A DNA stretch of 64,000 nucleotides from Camelus dromedarius (lineage: Eukaryota). The number at the start of each line of letters is the position of its first letter. The first letter of the stretch is position 1. A program made the position numbers and the translations under genes. This document shows positions 23,212-43,418 of this stretch, one piece after another. Below the pieces are notes generated by a model. That model worked only from the letters and a program-made list of their open reading frames with translations. It made no database searches and was not told the origin of the DNA. The stretch is taken from positions 434,001-498,000 of the forward strand of contig NC_087455.1 of assembly GCF_036321535.1 (NCBI RefSeq), read 5' to 3'.

Positions 23212-23749
23212 GCTGCTGGCGCTCCTGCCGCCGCCGCGTTCTGCCGGCCCGGTGCTGCCACCCCCGGGGGCATGGGGGGTCGCTGACTGAGGCTCCGACG
23301 CGGCGGCGGCGGGGAGGGGAAGGGGGCCGCGGAGCCGGGCCAGCCCTGCACCCACGCTTAGCCTCCAGGCCCGGGACGGAGCCGCTCCCCCCCTCCNNNN
23401 NNNNNNNNNNNNNNNNNNNNNNNNNNNNNNNNNNNNNNNNNNNNNNNNNNNNNNNNNNNNNNNNNNNNNNNNNNNNNNNNNNNNNNNNNNNNNNNNNNNN
23501 NNNNNNNNNNNNNNNNNNNNNNNNNNNNNNNNNNNNNNNNNNNNCTATGGAGTAGAAGAGGAGGAAACACAGGACAGGAAGGCAGGCAGGAGGAGAGAGG
23601 ACAGCACTCGTGCGGCAGCATCCAAAGGCCAGAGTGGGGACCCGTGCTGCTTCCGCCGCTCCTCGGATGGTGACGGAGCCCCGCCGCGGCCGCAGCCCCC
23701 CCCGCGTCCCGGCTCCGCAGGCCTACAGCGCCGGAGCCCTGCAGGAATC

Positions 23750-26700
23750 ATGCCCAGATCCTTCCTGGTCAAGAAGGTCAAACTTGACACGTTCTCCTCG
23801 GCAGACCTCGAGAGCTCCTACGGGCGCGCCCGAAGCGACCTCGGCGTGCGACTGCAGGAGAAAGGTGCGAGCTGGCATGAGGCTGGGGGCGGCGAGGGGC
23901 CCAGGGCAATGCTGGAAGGGGTAGGGGGCCAGAGTGTGGGGCTGGAGGGAGCAGGAGCCCCAGGAAATAGATCCGAGGAAACCAGAACCAGCAGGAGGCG
24001 GTGGCTGGAGCAGGACTTGGTTGGGGGGGAGGAGATGGGGGTGGGGAGAGGGGAGCCCAGATGCAGGCCAGAGCCAAGCCAAAGGTGGCAGGGAGAGTGT
24101 CAATACAGGAGAGAAGGTGGGGAACAGGGGTCAGGAACAGGAGGTACTTGAAGGTTCACACAGACCCATACCCTGACCCACGGTGGGACAAACACAGAAT
24201 GGACACCTGCTGACATGACAGAACCTAGGGATGCATCAAACCCACACTCAAAAAACTGGGCCTGCCTCAGAATTCTCTTTGCTTCTTTGGCTACAATTCC
24301 AGGACCCCCTCCTAGGAACAGTAGGGAAGTGCTGAGCGTCAGGGAGTAGCCATGTGGTCCAGTGGGGGCCGCCCACCTGTCTGGCAAAGGTACCAGCAGA
24401 GACAGCAGCTGTGTCCTTCCTTGAAGCCTGGGTCAGGGAGAAGGGTGTGGGTAGGTGGGCTGTGGGCACAGGAGGTCCAAAGTGCTGGAGATAGGGGGAG
24501 GTTCTTTGTGTAAGGGTGCCCAAATTCAAGGACAACTGTTAGCATGCAGGCAAGGAGGCTGGGAGTGCCAGCAGCCTGGGGTGATAAAACAAGTGTGACC
24601 TGCAGGAGCATAAGCCTGTGTGTGAGCCTGTGTGCGCCCATGTGACTGCATGTGGCCATGTGACTGTGCGCTTGTGTGTGACCCTGTATGAGTGTGTGCC
24701 TGCCTGTGTGCCACTACATGGGACCATGTGACTCTGAGGCCATTATGCACCCATGTGACTGGTGACCCTGGTGGAGAGTGTGTTGGGGTGCTTGACCCTG
24801 CATGAGTAGGTGGCATATGCCTGGATCAGGGCTCTGCCCAACCTGAGGGGACTCCAGGGTTGACAGTGTCTGAGAGAGTGGGTGTAACACCGAAGAAGAC
24901 AGAGTCTGTATCGTGTGGGATGTGTATTTGTGACTCTGAGATCCATCTCATGCCTTGAGAACAACTGCAGTTACCAGCATGAAGAATGCTGCCTGCCTGC
25001 AGTTTGTCCCTGTGAAGGTGTCCCCTGGTGGACACCCTGGCTCCGTCTCCAGCACAGCGTCTTCCTGGTCACCCTCCTGGGGCTTGGGAAGACCCCCACG
25101 AAGGATTGGGGCCTGGGGGAAGAGGGCAAAGTAGAACAAGGTAGGACCCAAGGGTACAGGATGATCTGACTGAAGGGAGTGAGGGGAGAAGCAGAGTGGA
25201 TGGAGGGAGAGGGTTTGGAGTTGAAGGGGATCCAGTCTCGTGAGTAGAGGGAGACCTGGGAGATGAAAGGGAGGTGCTAGATTGGCTGCGGGAGGAATAA
25301 GCCTCCAGGGCTTGTTGGTGGACCTAAAGCACTAGAGATGGGCAGCATCAAGGCTGGGCGCAGGTTGCCGCCGGCGGGGTGTAAGAGTTAGTGGGAACTA
25401 CCAGAGCGGGAGCCACGGGGTCCCTGGACAGGCAGCCCTGGCTTTGTGCGCTGCGGGTCTGCAGTGTGTTGCATAATCAGGGAAAACTGCTGAAGTGGGG
25501 AAACCCGAAGGGGGGGAGAGGGGGAGGGGGAGCAGAGTGGGGAGGAGGGGAAGGAGGGCGAGGAAAGCGCCGCCCCTCCCCCCTGACCTTGAAGCTCCGC
25601 AGAAGGAGGGGGGTAGCCGCACCCGAAGATGCGACTCTCCTTCTCCTGCGAGGGTGGGGCGGGCGGGTGGCGGGGCGGAGCCGGGGCCTGTCTCATCTCT
25701 CCTTTCCTCTCTTCCCCTCCCTGCCGTCTCCATCCTCCCTGCCCCGCCGTCCCTCGGTCCCTTGTCCTTTGTCCTCTTCGTTGTTTGCTCCTTCCCGGAC
25801 CTCGTGTCTCCTGCCGCCCGCCCGCGTGTGTCTCTCTTGCTGCTCCGTTCCCCTCCCGCTGTCTGCTTGTCTGTTCGCCTCGGTTCTCAGGATACCTCAA
25901 CGACTACGCGGGGCCCGCCTCCGTCTACGATGGCGACGCCGAGGCGGACTTGCTCAAAGGGCCATCCCCGGAGCCTATGTACGCTGCGGCCGTGCGGGGA
26001 GAGCTGGGCCCGGCGGCTGCGGGTTCGGCGCCGCCGCCCACCCCGCGCCCGGAGCTGGCCACAGCCGCGGGTGGCTACATCAACGGCGACGCGGCGGTTA
26101 GCGAAGGCTATGCTGCCGACGCCTTCTTCATCACCGACGGGCGCTCCCGCCGTAAGGCTGCCAACGCCGCCGCCGCCCCCTCCACGGCCTCGGCGGCGGC
26201 CCCCGACGGCGACGGCGGAGGCGGGGCCGGGGTGGGCGCCCGTGGTGCAGGGTCTGGGCCCGGAGGGCGGGGCGGCGCGCGCGCGGGGGCAGGCACCGAG
26301 GCGCGCGCGGGGCCCGGGGCCGGCAGCGCGGGAGGCCGGCACGCCTGCGGCGAGTGCGGCAAAACGTACGCCACGTCGTCGAATCTGAGCCGCCACAAGC
26401 AGACACACCGCANNNNNNNNNNNNNNNNNNNNNNNNNNNNNNNNNNNNNNNNNNNNNNNNNNNNNNNNNNNNNNNNNNNNNNNNNNNNNNNNNNNNNNNN
26501 NNNNNNNNNNNNNNNNNNNNNNNNNNNNNNNNNNNNNNNNNNNNNNNNNNNNNNNNNNNNNNNNNNNNNNNNNNNNNNNNNNNNNNNNNNNNNNNNNNNN
26601 NNNNNNNNNNNNNNNNNNNNNNNNNNNNNNNNNNNNNNNNNNNNNNNNNNNNNNNNNNNNNNNNNNNNNNNNNNNNNNNNNNNNNNNNNNNNNNNNNNNN

Positions 26701-26828
26701 NNNNNNNNNNNNNNNNNNNNNNNNNNNNNNNNNNNNNNNNNNNNNNNNNNNNNNNNNNNNNNNNNNNNAGCGGCCCCCCGGCCCCGGCCCCCGCCGCGCC
26801 GCCGCAGCTCAGCCCAGTGCAGGCCTAG
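23750..26828 (+). CDS. SCRT1: Scratch family transcriptional repressor 1; 2 coding exons; zinc fingers 2-5 lie in an N-gap
   Basis: Exon 1 23750-23864 (SNAG domain MPRSFLVKK). Exon 2 25891-26828 (GYLNDY...AADAFFITDGRSRR Scratch domain, first C2H2 finger CGECGKTYATSSNLSRHKQTH, C-terminus PPQLSPVQA*). Gap 26413-26768. Confidence 0.95.
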
Positions 26829-28683
26829 AGCCGCGGTGCCTCCGCCAGCCGGGTCGGCTCTCAGCAATACGGGCCCCCAGGGAGGTCTCCGCCGGCNNNN
26901 NNNNNNNNNNNNNNNNNNNNNNNNNNNNNNNNNNNNNNNNNNNNNNNNNNNNNNNNNNNNNNNNNNNNNNNNNNNNNNNNNNNNNNNNNNNNNNNNNNNN
27001 NNNNNNNNNNNNNNNNNNNNNNNNNNNNNNNNNNNNNNNNNNNNNNCAGGGTGCCCCAGGCTTTTACCCAGCAATAGGGTCGAGGAGATCCTGAACCGAA
27101 CCTCATCTCCGAGTTAGGTCTCTGAAGACCCGGGTAGGGTGAGGTAGGGAGCGCCCCCTCCTGCCTCTTCTGCGCCCCTGGATCGCGTCGCAGAGACTCA
27201 GGTCTTCCCCACCCCTTCCCAAGCCTTCCAGGGCCAGGCCTGCGGCCTAGACGTCCAGGGAGCCGGTCCCTCCCCGGCAACAGGTCGGGGAGGAGCAGGA
27301 TGGGGGCTGCAGAGACGTCCCTACTCCTCAGTGTTCGTTGAACCCCGGGAGTGTTAGACGCGTTGGGGATCGGGGAGGGGGGCGGATGGCGGCACCTCTC
27401 TCCCTCGGGTTCCTTCTGGGGCCTCAATCCGAGCCGCTCTCCAACCCTTGCCTCGCATCCTCTGCCAAATCCGAATTCTTCCAGCCCTGCTTCCCGGGCT
27501 CTGTCGTCCATAACGAATAATAATGACGCATATCAAATCGCATGGACTTATCCGACCTCCTCAGACCCCGCTCCTGCCCTGCCCCGGGACCCCCTCCCTC
27601 GTACCCGGGCATTCGGTGTTGGAGAACGGATTCCTGGGGCCCGGCAGGCAGCCCTGGGCACGGCCCTCCACACCTCTCTGTATTCGCTTTGCGGGTAAAG
27701 CCCCCTAGGGGGGGTTGCGGATGCGTCGGGTTCCTTTCTTTCCTGTATTTGTACGTTTTATTTATGAACGGATTGCACTCGGGTCAGGGAAGGGGCGCTG
27801 AGGCCCCTGTCCTTCCCGCCGACGCCGGGGGCTTGGGATGTCCAGGATCACTTTCCCCGCCCCTGAACCCCTCCCTACCTGGGCGCCTCTTGGGAGCCTC
27901 AGGCCCCGCCCTCACTCTGTTGCCAACTTACTCCCGTCTATGCCAAAGCCTCGGCGGTGACCCCGCCCCAAGGGCCCGCCCCATTGGCCGCCGCCTTTGT
28001 GACGTCACTGCATGCAGCCCCAACCCTCCTCCTGTCCCTTCCCGGGGCTGCCCGTTCCCTGTCCCTCTTAGTTNNNNNNNNNNNNNNNNNNNNNNNNNNN
28101 NNNNNNNNNNNNNNNNNNNNNNNNNNNNNNNNNNNNNNNNNNNNNNNNNNNNNNNNNNNNNNNNNNNNNNNNNNNNNNNNNNNNNNNNNNNNNNNNNNNN
28201 NNNNNNNNNNNNNNNNNNNNTTCTTCCTCCTCCTCTTCCCTCCCCCCCCTCCCTCCCACGGCAGAGGCCGGCAGGTGTAATGGTTCCAGGGGCAGGGGCA
28301 GGGTGGTTGCCCCCCAAGGCCCCTCCTTCATTTGTACATCACCCACTGACCGTTCATTAGGCATTTATCATGTGCCAGGCCCACTGCTGAGTCCACCTGG
28401 GATCCGGCGACCTGCAGGGGGTGCATGTTCTTGACAGGAGCCCAACCGGCTTGGGTGGGCCAGGGATGGCGGCAGATGCAGAGAGCCGCGGTCCCTAGAC
28501 CCCAACCTTGGGCCCCTCACTCCTCCCCACTGTAGCCCGGGGCCAGTGCTCGGCACGGTGGGGCTCTGCCTTTGACTTGGGTTCTCAGCTCAGGTGGCAC
28601 AGACCCAGGGCCCCAAGGCCCAGTGCCACCAGGACCCACATACTAACTCCCATTCCTTCCATCCCCTGGCAGCGGCGGCTCTG

Positions 28684-29980
28684 CCATGTCAGGCCAGGGC
28701 CCCAGGCCACACGAAAAGGTGCCCACTGGAGTGTATTACCAGGCTGGCCCCATCCCCGTGGGTATCAAGCCCGGCTGCCATCCAGCTGCACCCGCAGGGG
28801 CCAGCAGGCCCGAAGGCCCATCATAGCAGGGCCATGTCCAAACCCTTTATATCCCAGCTCGGTATTCACACAGCTCCCAAGCCGCGGCCTGCCCGCCTGT
28901 GCCGGGCACACCCGCATGCACACGCACATACAGGCATCCCACCATACCCCACACGCCTATCTACCTACCTAAGGAGAAGGCTGGAGGGCCGTGAGCCGGC
29001 CAGGGTCTCCCNNNNNNNNNNNNNNNNNNNNNNNNNNNNNNNNNNNNNNNNNNNNNNNNNNNNNNNNNNNNNNNNNNNNNNNNNNNNNNNNNNNNNNNNN
29101 NNNNNNNNNNNNNNNNNNNNNNNNNNNNNNNNNNNNNNNNNNNNNNNNNNNNNNNNNNNNNNNNNNNNNNNNNNNNNNNNNNNNNNNNNNNNNNNNNNNN
29201 NNNNNNNNNNNNNNNTGCCTGTGCCCCGCCGCCTTGTACATACTCCCACCCGGAACAGGCCGGGATTTTTACTCGGGCCGCGCCCCTCTTCCGCCCCCGT
29301 NNNNNNNNNNNNNNNNNNNNNNNNNNNNNNNNNNNNNNNNNNNNNNNNNNNNNNNNNNNNNNNNNNNNNNNNNNNNNNNNNNNNNNNNNNNNNNNNNNNN
29401 NNNNNNNNNNNNNNNNNNNNNNNNNNNNNNNNGGCTGATGTATACAGGGCTGGGCCGGTGCTGCAGGGTGTGCTGGGGACGCCTGCAGCGGGGTGGGGGT
29501 GGGGAGGCGCGCCCTTCCTGGTCCTGCCACACATCAGAGGCCCGGCAGGTGCAGGCCCAGCAAGGGGACTGGCAGCCTCCCCAGGAGGCCCTGAAGTCAC
29601 GCCACTACACTTTGCTAGGCTGCACCCGTGTCCCCTTTTGCAAGAAGTTAGCCTTTCACCTGGAGGGCCGACTTGGCAGGCTAAGCACGAGCGCCCACCC
29701 CTGAAGGCAAAGCGGTTGGCATTGCTCCGGTGGCAGGTGAATCTGCTCTGTGCCAGGAACGGGGGAGCTGAGGGACTCCAGCCTTCAGCCAGGCCCAGCC
29801 CAGGACTGATCTAGAATGGCCAGAGTAGGTACCACAGGGCCCGCAGTCCTATGGCCTTGGGTGCCCCCACTCTGTAGGAGCTCCTGCTGCCCCTGCAGGC
29901 CTGGCAGCCACAGCAAGCCTTCCTCCATGTCAGGCCAGGGCCCCAGGCCACATGAAAGGTGCCCATTGGAGCGTATTACC
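28684..29980 (+). repeat. Dispersed 57-bp direct repeat (28684-28740 and 29925-29980)
   Basis: ccatgtcaggccagggccccaggccacacgaaaaggtgcccactggagtgtattacc versus ccatgtcaggccagggccccaggccacatgaaaggtgcccattggagcgtattacc; first 28 nt identical, 53/57 overall. Confidence 0.85.
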
Positions 29981-31350
29981 TAGAGGACATGGGGACTACA
30001 GAAGTGGTGAGGTCTGACACTTTCCTGTAGCCTGCTGTCCACATTCTGACTCCCAAACTCAGGGGATGCGTTCCCCTACTGTCTGAGGAGGCCTCCAGAG
30101 ACAGCTGGGCCAGGCTGGTTCTGGGGAAGAGGTGCCCAGGGGAAACAGAAGCTTCCACAGTTACTCACAACCCTCGGGCTCCAGACAGGATGAGTCTAGT
30201 TGAGGAGACACGGGCAGAGCTGTGCTGGGCTCAGACAGCCCAGGGAAATGGACCCTTCTGCCGAGCAAATGTCCCCATGCACTCAGGCATGTAGGCAAGA
30301 GCTGAGAGGCCTAAAATCTTTGGGGACGGGTAGTCAAAGCAGGTTAGCCCAGGGCCAGCACAGCTGTCTACACCCTGGCAGGAGACAAGCCCACCCAGAC
30401 TCTACTGGTATGGACAGCGGGGGGAGCCTGATCAGCAGCAGGTCACAGCCTGTGGGCCGGCTGCTCAAGATGGGGCTCACAGCAGGGTGGGTGACCCCTT
30501 CTGGGGAGCACTGTCAGCCTTAATCTCAGGAGTGAAAGCCCCTGGCACTGCTGGAGGTCAGGCCCTCTGGCTCAGAAGTCCTTGACTTTCAGAGTCCCAG
30601 GTTAGGTAGGCAGCACTGCCTAATTTGCATATGAAGAATATGAGCCTCAGAGAGAGAATAGCTGGTCCGAGGGCTTCCCTTGACCAAAGTCCTGCCCCAG
30701 TACCCCGCCCACCCTATGCTAGGCTTCACGCCTGCATGGGTGCCAGCGGCAGGGAGGGGGCCTCCTTAGAGGTCCACTCCTCCTCAGGGCTCCAAAGCTG
30801 CTGGGTCTGGACTGACTGTTTCTGCTCCTCTAGGACTCTGAGGTGTGGCAGGGGAAGGATGGAAGCTGCCTCCCCAGGGCCCTGGATGAGCCCATCCTTG
30901 TCTCCATAGGTGTCTGTGGACAGGACTGTGCATCCCAGAGAATGGGCAGCACAGGCTTCTGACCTCTGTGTCCAGAGTCTTCTTGCTGGCCGCTCCCCTC
31001 CCAGGCCCTCTTGGCCTCCCCAAGTCGCCTCCAACCTGGAGTCAGCCCAAGGCCTTTTCTAAACTCCCAAACCCTTCAAGCCCTTTATTCGGCCAGGCCC
31101 ACAAGACTCCTCTCCACGGGCCCAGGCCCCCCTAATCTGTTGCCGCCTCAGCAAGGAGATTACCCACTGAGCTTTCTTCTACAGCTCCTCACACACATTT
31201 GTCCCCAGACAACCCCACCTGCCTTGACCTTCTCCCTCTCCCCTGGCGCCCTGGGCTGCACCCCACCCAGGATTCTGAGGTGCTGGAGCTGTGGTGGAGG
31301 AGCAGGGGTGGTAAGGGGTGGTGATGTAGGCCCACTTCCCCCCCAGAGGC

Positions 31351-31534
31351 CGCCCCGCCCATCAACAACAGGCCCCACCTCCATCAAGCAGGCCCCGCCC
31401 CTGTTGATGCAGAGGCTCTTCCTCATTGGTTCGTTCACAGCCCATGCCTTCTCATTGGCCCGAGGCTCTGATTTCCTCCTCTCTCAACGCCAGCGCCGGA
31501 ACCTTGGTTCCTCCTTGGCCCCTGATCAGATTGG
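31351..31534. promoter_or_regulatory. Promoter-like cluster about 2.5 kb upstream of DGAT1: degenerate 20-bp GC-box tandem plus three CCAAT boxes
   Basis: GC boxes at 31352-31360 and 31391-31401; ATTGG at 31425-31429, 31454-31458 and 31530-31534. Confidence 0.5.
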
Positions 31535-32716
31535 TCCTCCCTGGTGGCTCCCGGTCCTCTCTGGTCGCCTCACTCCTGCTGCCTCTTGCCAGCCAACGGC
31601 TTGGAGCCCGGATGCGGACACAGGCAGCCGCCTCCAACGCTGCCCTTCACTCCTCACTGGCTACCCAACTCAGCCTCTCCGGGCCTACTGGCAGCCTGAG
31701 CCATCAATCTTCCCTTCTGCCAATGGAGTGACAGCCCGGCCAGCCCTGTAGTTCTTGGCACTGTACTGGGGGATGGCATGGCCAGGGGAGCAGAGACATG
31801 TGGGAGCGTGTGCCTGACTTCCCGCGACCTTCCAGGAAGTGGGGACCAGGGAGTGGGGAAGGAGGGGCAGAGCTCCCAGGGCTCACCCCTACTCTGTGGG
31901 CTCCTAGGTCTTACCTCCCTTGGGATCAGTACTCAAAAAGGCCAAGGTCTGCCTGGCCCAGCCCAGCTGATGAACAGATGAGTGTTCTGGCACCCTGGAT
32001 AGGGGACGAGGCTGGTTGTGACCCACTGAGGCCAGGCTCTGTGTGCATGCGAGAGGGGTTCTCTCGCCCAATCAGGGAGGACCCTTCAGCAAGGTAGTCT
32101 TACCCTGCCAGGTAGGGACGCCAGGCTGGCATCAGCTTCACATGGGCCAGTGACTGCACAACGTGTCATAGGGTCCCAGGTGACTGTCGTGGAGGTGATG
32201 GATCAGGAGCTAGCCTGGCGGGAAGGCGGTGGCCAGTCCATAGGTGAAGCTGCTGACCTCAGGCTGAGCCTCTTGCTTTATTTGCTGTCAGAGGGGCACT
32301 CTTCTTGGCCTTGCTAAGGGGAGTGGATGGCCAGTAGGTTCTGCTGGTAGGGCTGTTTCTTGGGTAAAACCAGGCCTGAGCCCCCCCCCCCCCACCGCAC
32401 CCTCACATTCGGAGATCCAGAATGTTCACACTCCATACTCTGCAAAATGCCACTCAAGCCAAGGTGGGGCATGCACTTCAGGCCGCACCATGCAGTTGTT
32501 ATAGTGGGTTGGTTGCTTCGTTTAACGGCTGGATGATTGCATAGACTGCAATGACACTGAAGCCTCCAGGATTCTCATGCCCTGGCAAAACTGGCCTGGG
32601 TGGGAAATGGGGGAGGCTCTGCAGGTCTACAGATGTGGATGGAAGGGGCTGGATGGAGAGGCAGGCCAGTGTGCCCATGGAGGGGGGCAGGACCCTCAGC
32701 CCACCCAGGCCCAGCC

Positions 32717-33276
32717 CATTACCCAACAAAAGTTTGCGGGCCTGATGCTCGGTGAGGCCAAACAAACCAAAAGGTTGTTTGGAGCAGAGATAGGTTTATT
32801 GCAGGGGCAAGCAAGGAGGACGGGTGGCTTCCGCTTGAAAACCCTGAATTCCTTGACGGTTTTTTGGGGAAAAGTTTTTGTAGACAAGACTTGGCATGAG
32901 GGCTGCCGGGTATGTGACTTCCTGATTGGCTGGTGGCGAGGTAACAGGGCAGCATTCTAGGAATTCGTGCTCAGGCTGAAGTTGCTATCCTTCACCTTGG
33001 GGAGCCATAGTTCCAGCAGAACTCAGAGATACTGTTACCTATGTTCCTTGAGGAGGAACCAGGACCCTGCCACAGGGCTGCACTATTATTTCTTGACTGT
33101 TCCTCCTTTGTTTCTGCTTTCCCTCCCTTCCCAGATTAGCAACTATTTGAATCTGCCCTTTAGAACTCAGGGAAGGTCAAGGAGGCTGAATGAAGCCTAT
33201 TTCTTACAAACAAGCAATGGCGCACACAGAATGGACTTGTACCAGAGAGGACCGCACAGGGTCCTGCTCTATTTCA
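32717..33276. mobile_element. Solo ERV1 LTR (tentatively MER41-like), about 0.7 kb upstream of the DGAT1 ATG
   Basis: About 560 bp; degenerate ttacc start and ...gggtcctgctctatttCA end; internal motifs (gtttattgcagggg caagcaaggag, ctgattggctggtggcgaggtaa, ccttgaggaggaaccaggacc) typical of a cetartiodactyl ERV1 LTR family as recalled; shares motifs with 15325-15820. Confidence 0.65.
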
Positions 33277-33659
33277 GGCCTGCAGGGGAGAGGTGGCGGC
33301 CCTGGGACTTGATGGGCAGGGCAGGCTTGCTGGGACGCGGGGCCTGGGGCCTTTCTCCTGCCCTATCCTCTGGCCTGGCGTTTCTCTGAACAACCTAAGC
33401 CGAGGAAAAAGGGGGTGCCTACTGTGGTAACTAGAGGGTTCGTGGAGCAGGACTGCGCCACCAGGCGCGGCAACCCCAGCAGACACGGCCCCGGACCCTG
33501 GCGGCATGACTCAGGAGGCATTTCATAAATAACCCACATCCCCACACTCGCGCCTGGGCTAAGTGACGAAACTCTGTGTTTATAGAGTGGGACAAGGGGC
33601 AGGCAGCAGTCAGGGGAGGCGGGCGGCTGCTAGGAAGCTGCCTCGGCTCGCATCCCCTC

Positions 33660-33953
33660 TCCGGCTCGCGCCGGGCGACTACAACTCCCAGAGACCCCGC
33701 GCGCCCGCGGACTACAAATGGACACGTGCCCGGCCCTCGGGCCAGTTAGCGGCTGGGGGAGTGACGCTGCCGCGCGCTGCCGCCTAACCTAGAGGGCGCG
33801 CGCTGATTGGCGGCGCTGGCTAGCGCGCGGGCTACGGCGGCCGGCAGGGGGCGGTGGCGGCCGTCGGCCGAGGGTCCGGAGGCGGGGCCGCAGGTCTCGG
33901 GCGCTGAGTCCGGCAGGCCGCGACTCGGCCGCGGCAGGGTGCTGGCTGAGGCC
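33660..33953 (+). promoter_or_regulatory. DGAT1 CpG-island proximal promoter with a ZNF143/THAP11 (SBS) motif
   Basis: ACTACAACTCCCAG at 33678-33691 matches ACTACAnnTCCCA; partial second GACTACAA at about 33710; CTGATTGG CCAAT box at about 33803-33810. Confidence 0.7.
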
Positions 33954-43266
<9,313 letters not shown>

Positions 43267-43412
43267 GCCTGAGCTGCGCCCCCAAGGGCATGTGTGCTGG
43301 GACAGGGGCCTGGCTGGGCACTGCTGCCCCCTGGGCACAGGCCAGCGCGGGTGGTGGGGGGAATGCCTGTGCTCTGGAAACTGCTGATCCTGCCCAAGGG
43401 TCCGAAGGTGTC

Positions 43413-43418
43413 AATAAA
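43413..43418 (+). terminator. DGAT1 proximal polyadenylation signal AATAAA
   Basis: AATAAA about 150 nt after the stop. Confidence 0.75.

Larger units (their letters stand above)
21300..23400. promoter_or_regulatory. CpG island / promoter-enhancer region of SCRT1
   Basis: Very high CpG density; homeodomain-like TAATT at about 21389 and 21438; E-box CATATG 22082-22087; Sox-like CATTGT 22102-22107; ATTGG 22142-22146; palindromic CRE TGACGTCA 22157-22164. Confidence 0.7.
10059..29432. other. Assembly gaps (N runs): 10059-10187, 23397-23544, 26413-26768, 26897-27047, 28074-28220, 29012-29215, 29301-29432
   Basis: Read directly; six of seven lie in the extremely GC-rich SCRT1 locus. Confidence 1.

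Noticed and set aside
25629-25890. N-terminal part of the 399-aa ORF as SCRT1 coding sequence
   Set aside because: It is the polypyrimidine-rich end of intron 1; the real exon 2 starts at 25891 and splices to the SNAG exon.
27148-27165. Possible CTCF site (also near 5140 and 33786)
   Set aside because: 11-12/14 matches to a degenerate core are frequent in GC-rich DNA and cannot be called without PWM scoring or ChIP.
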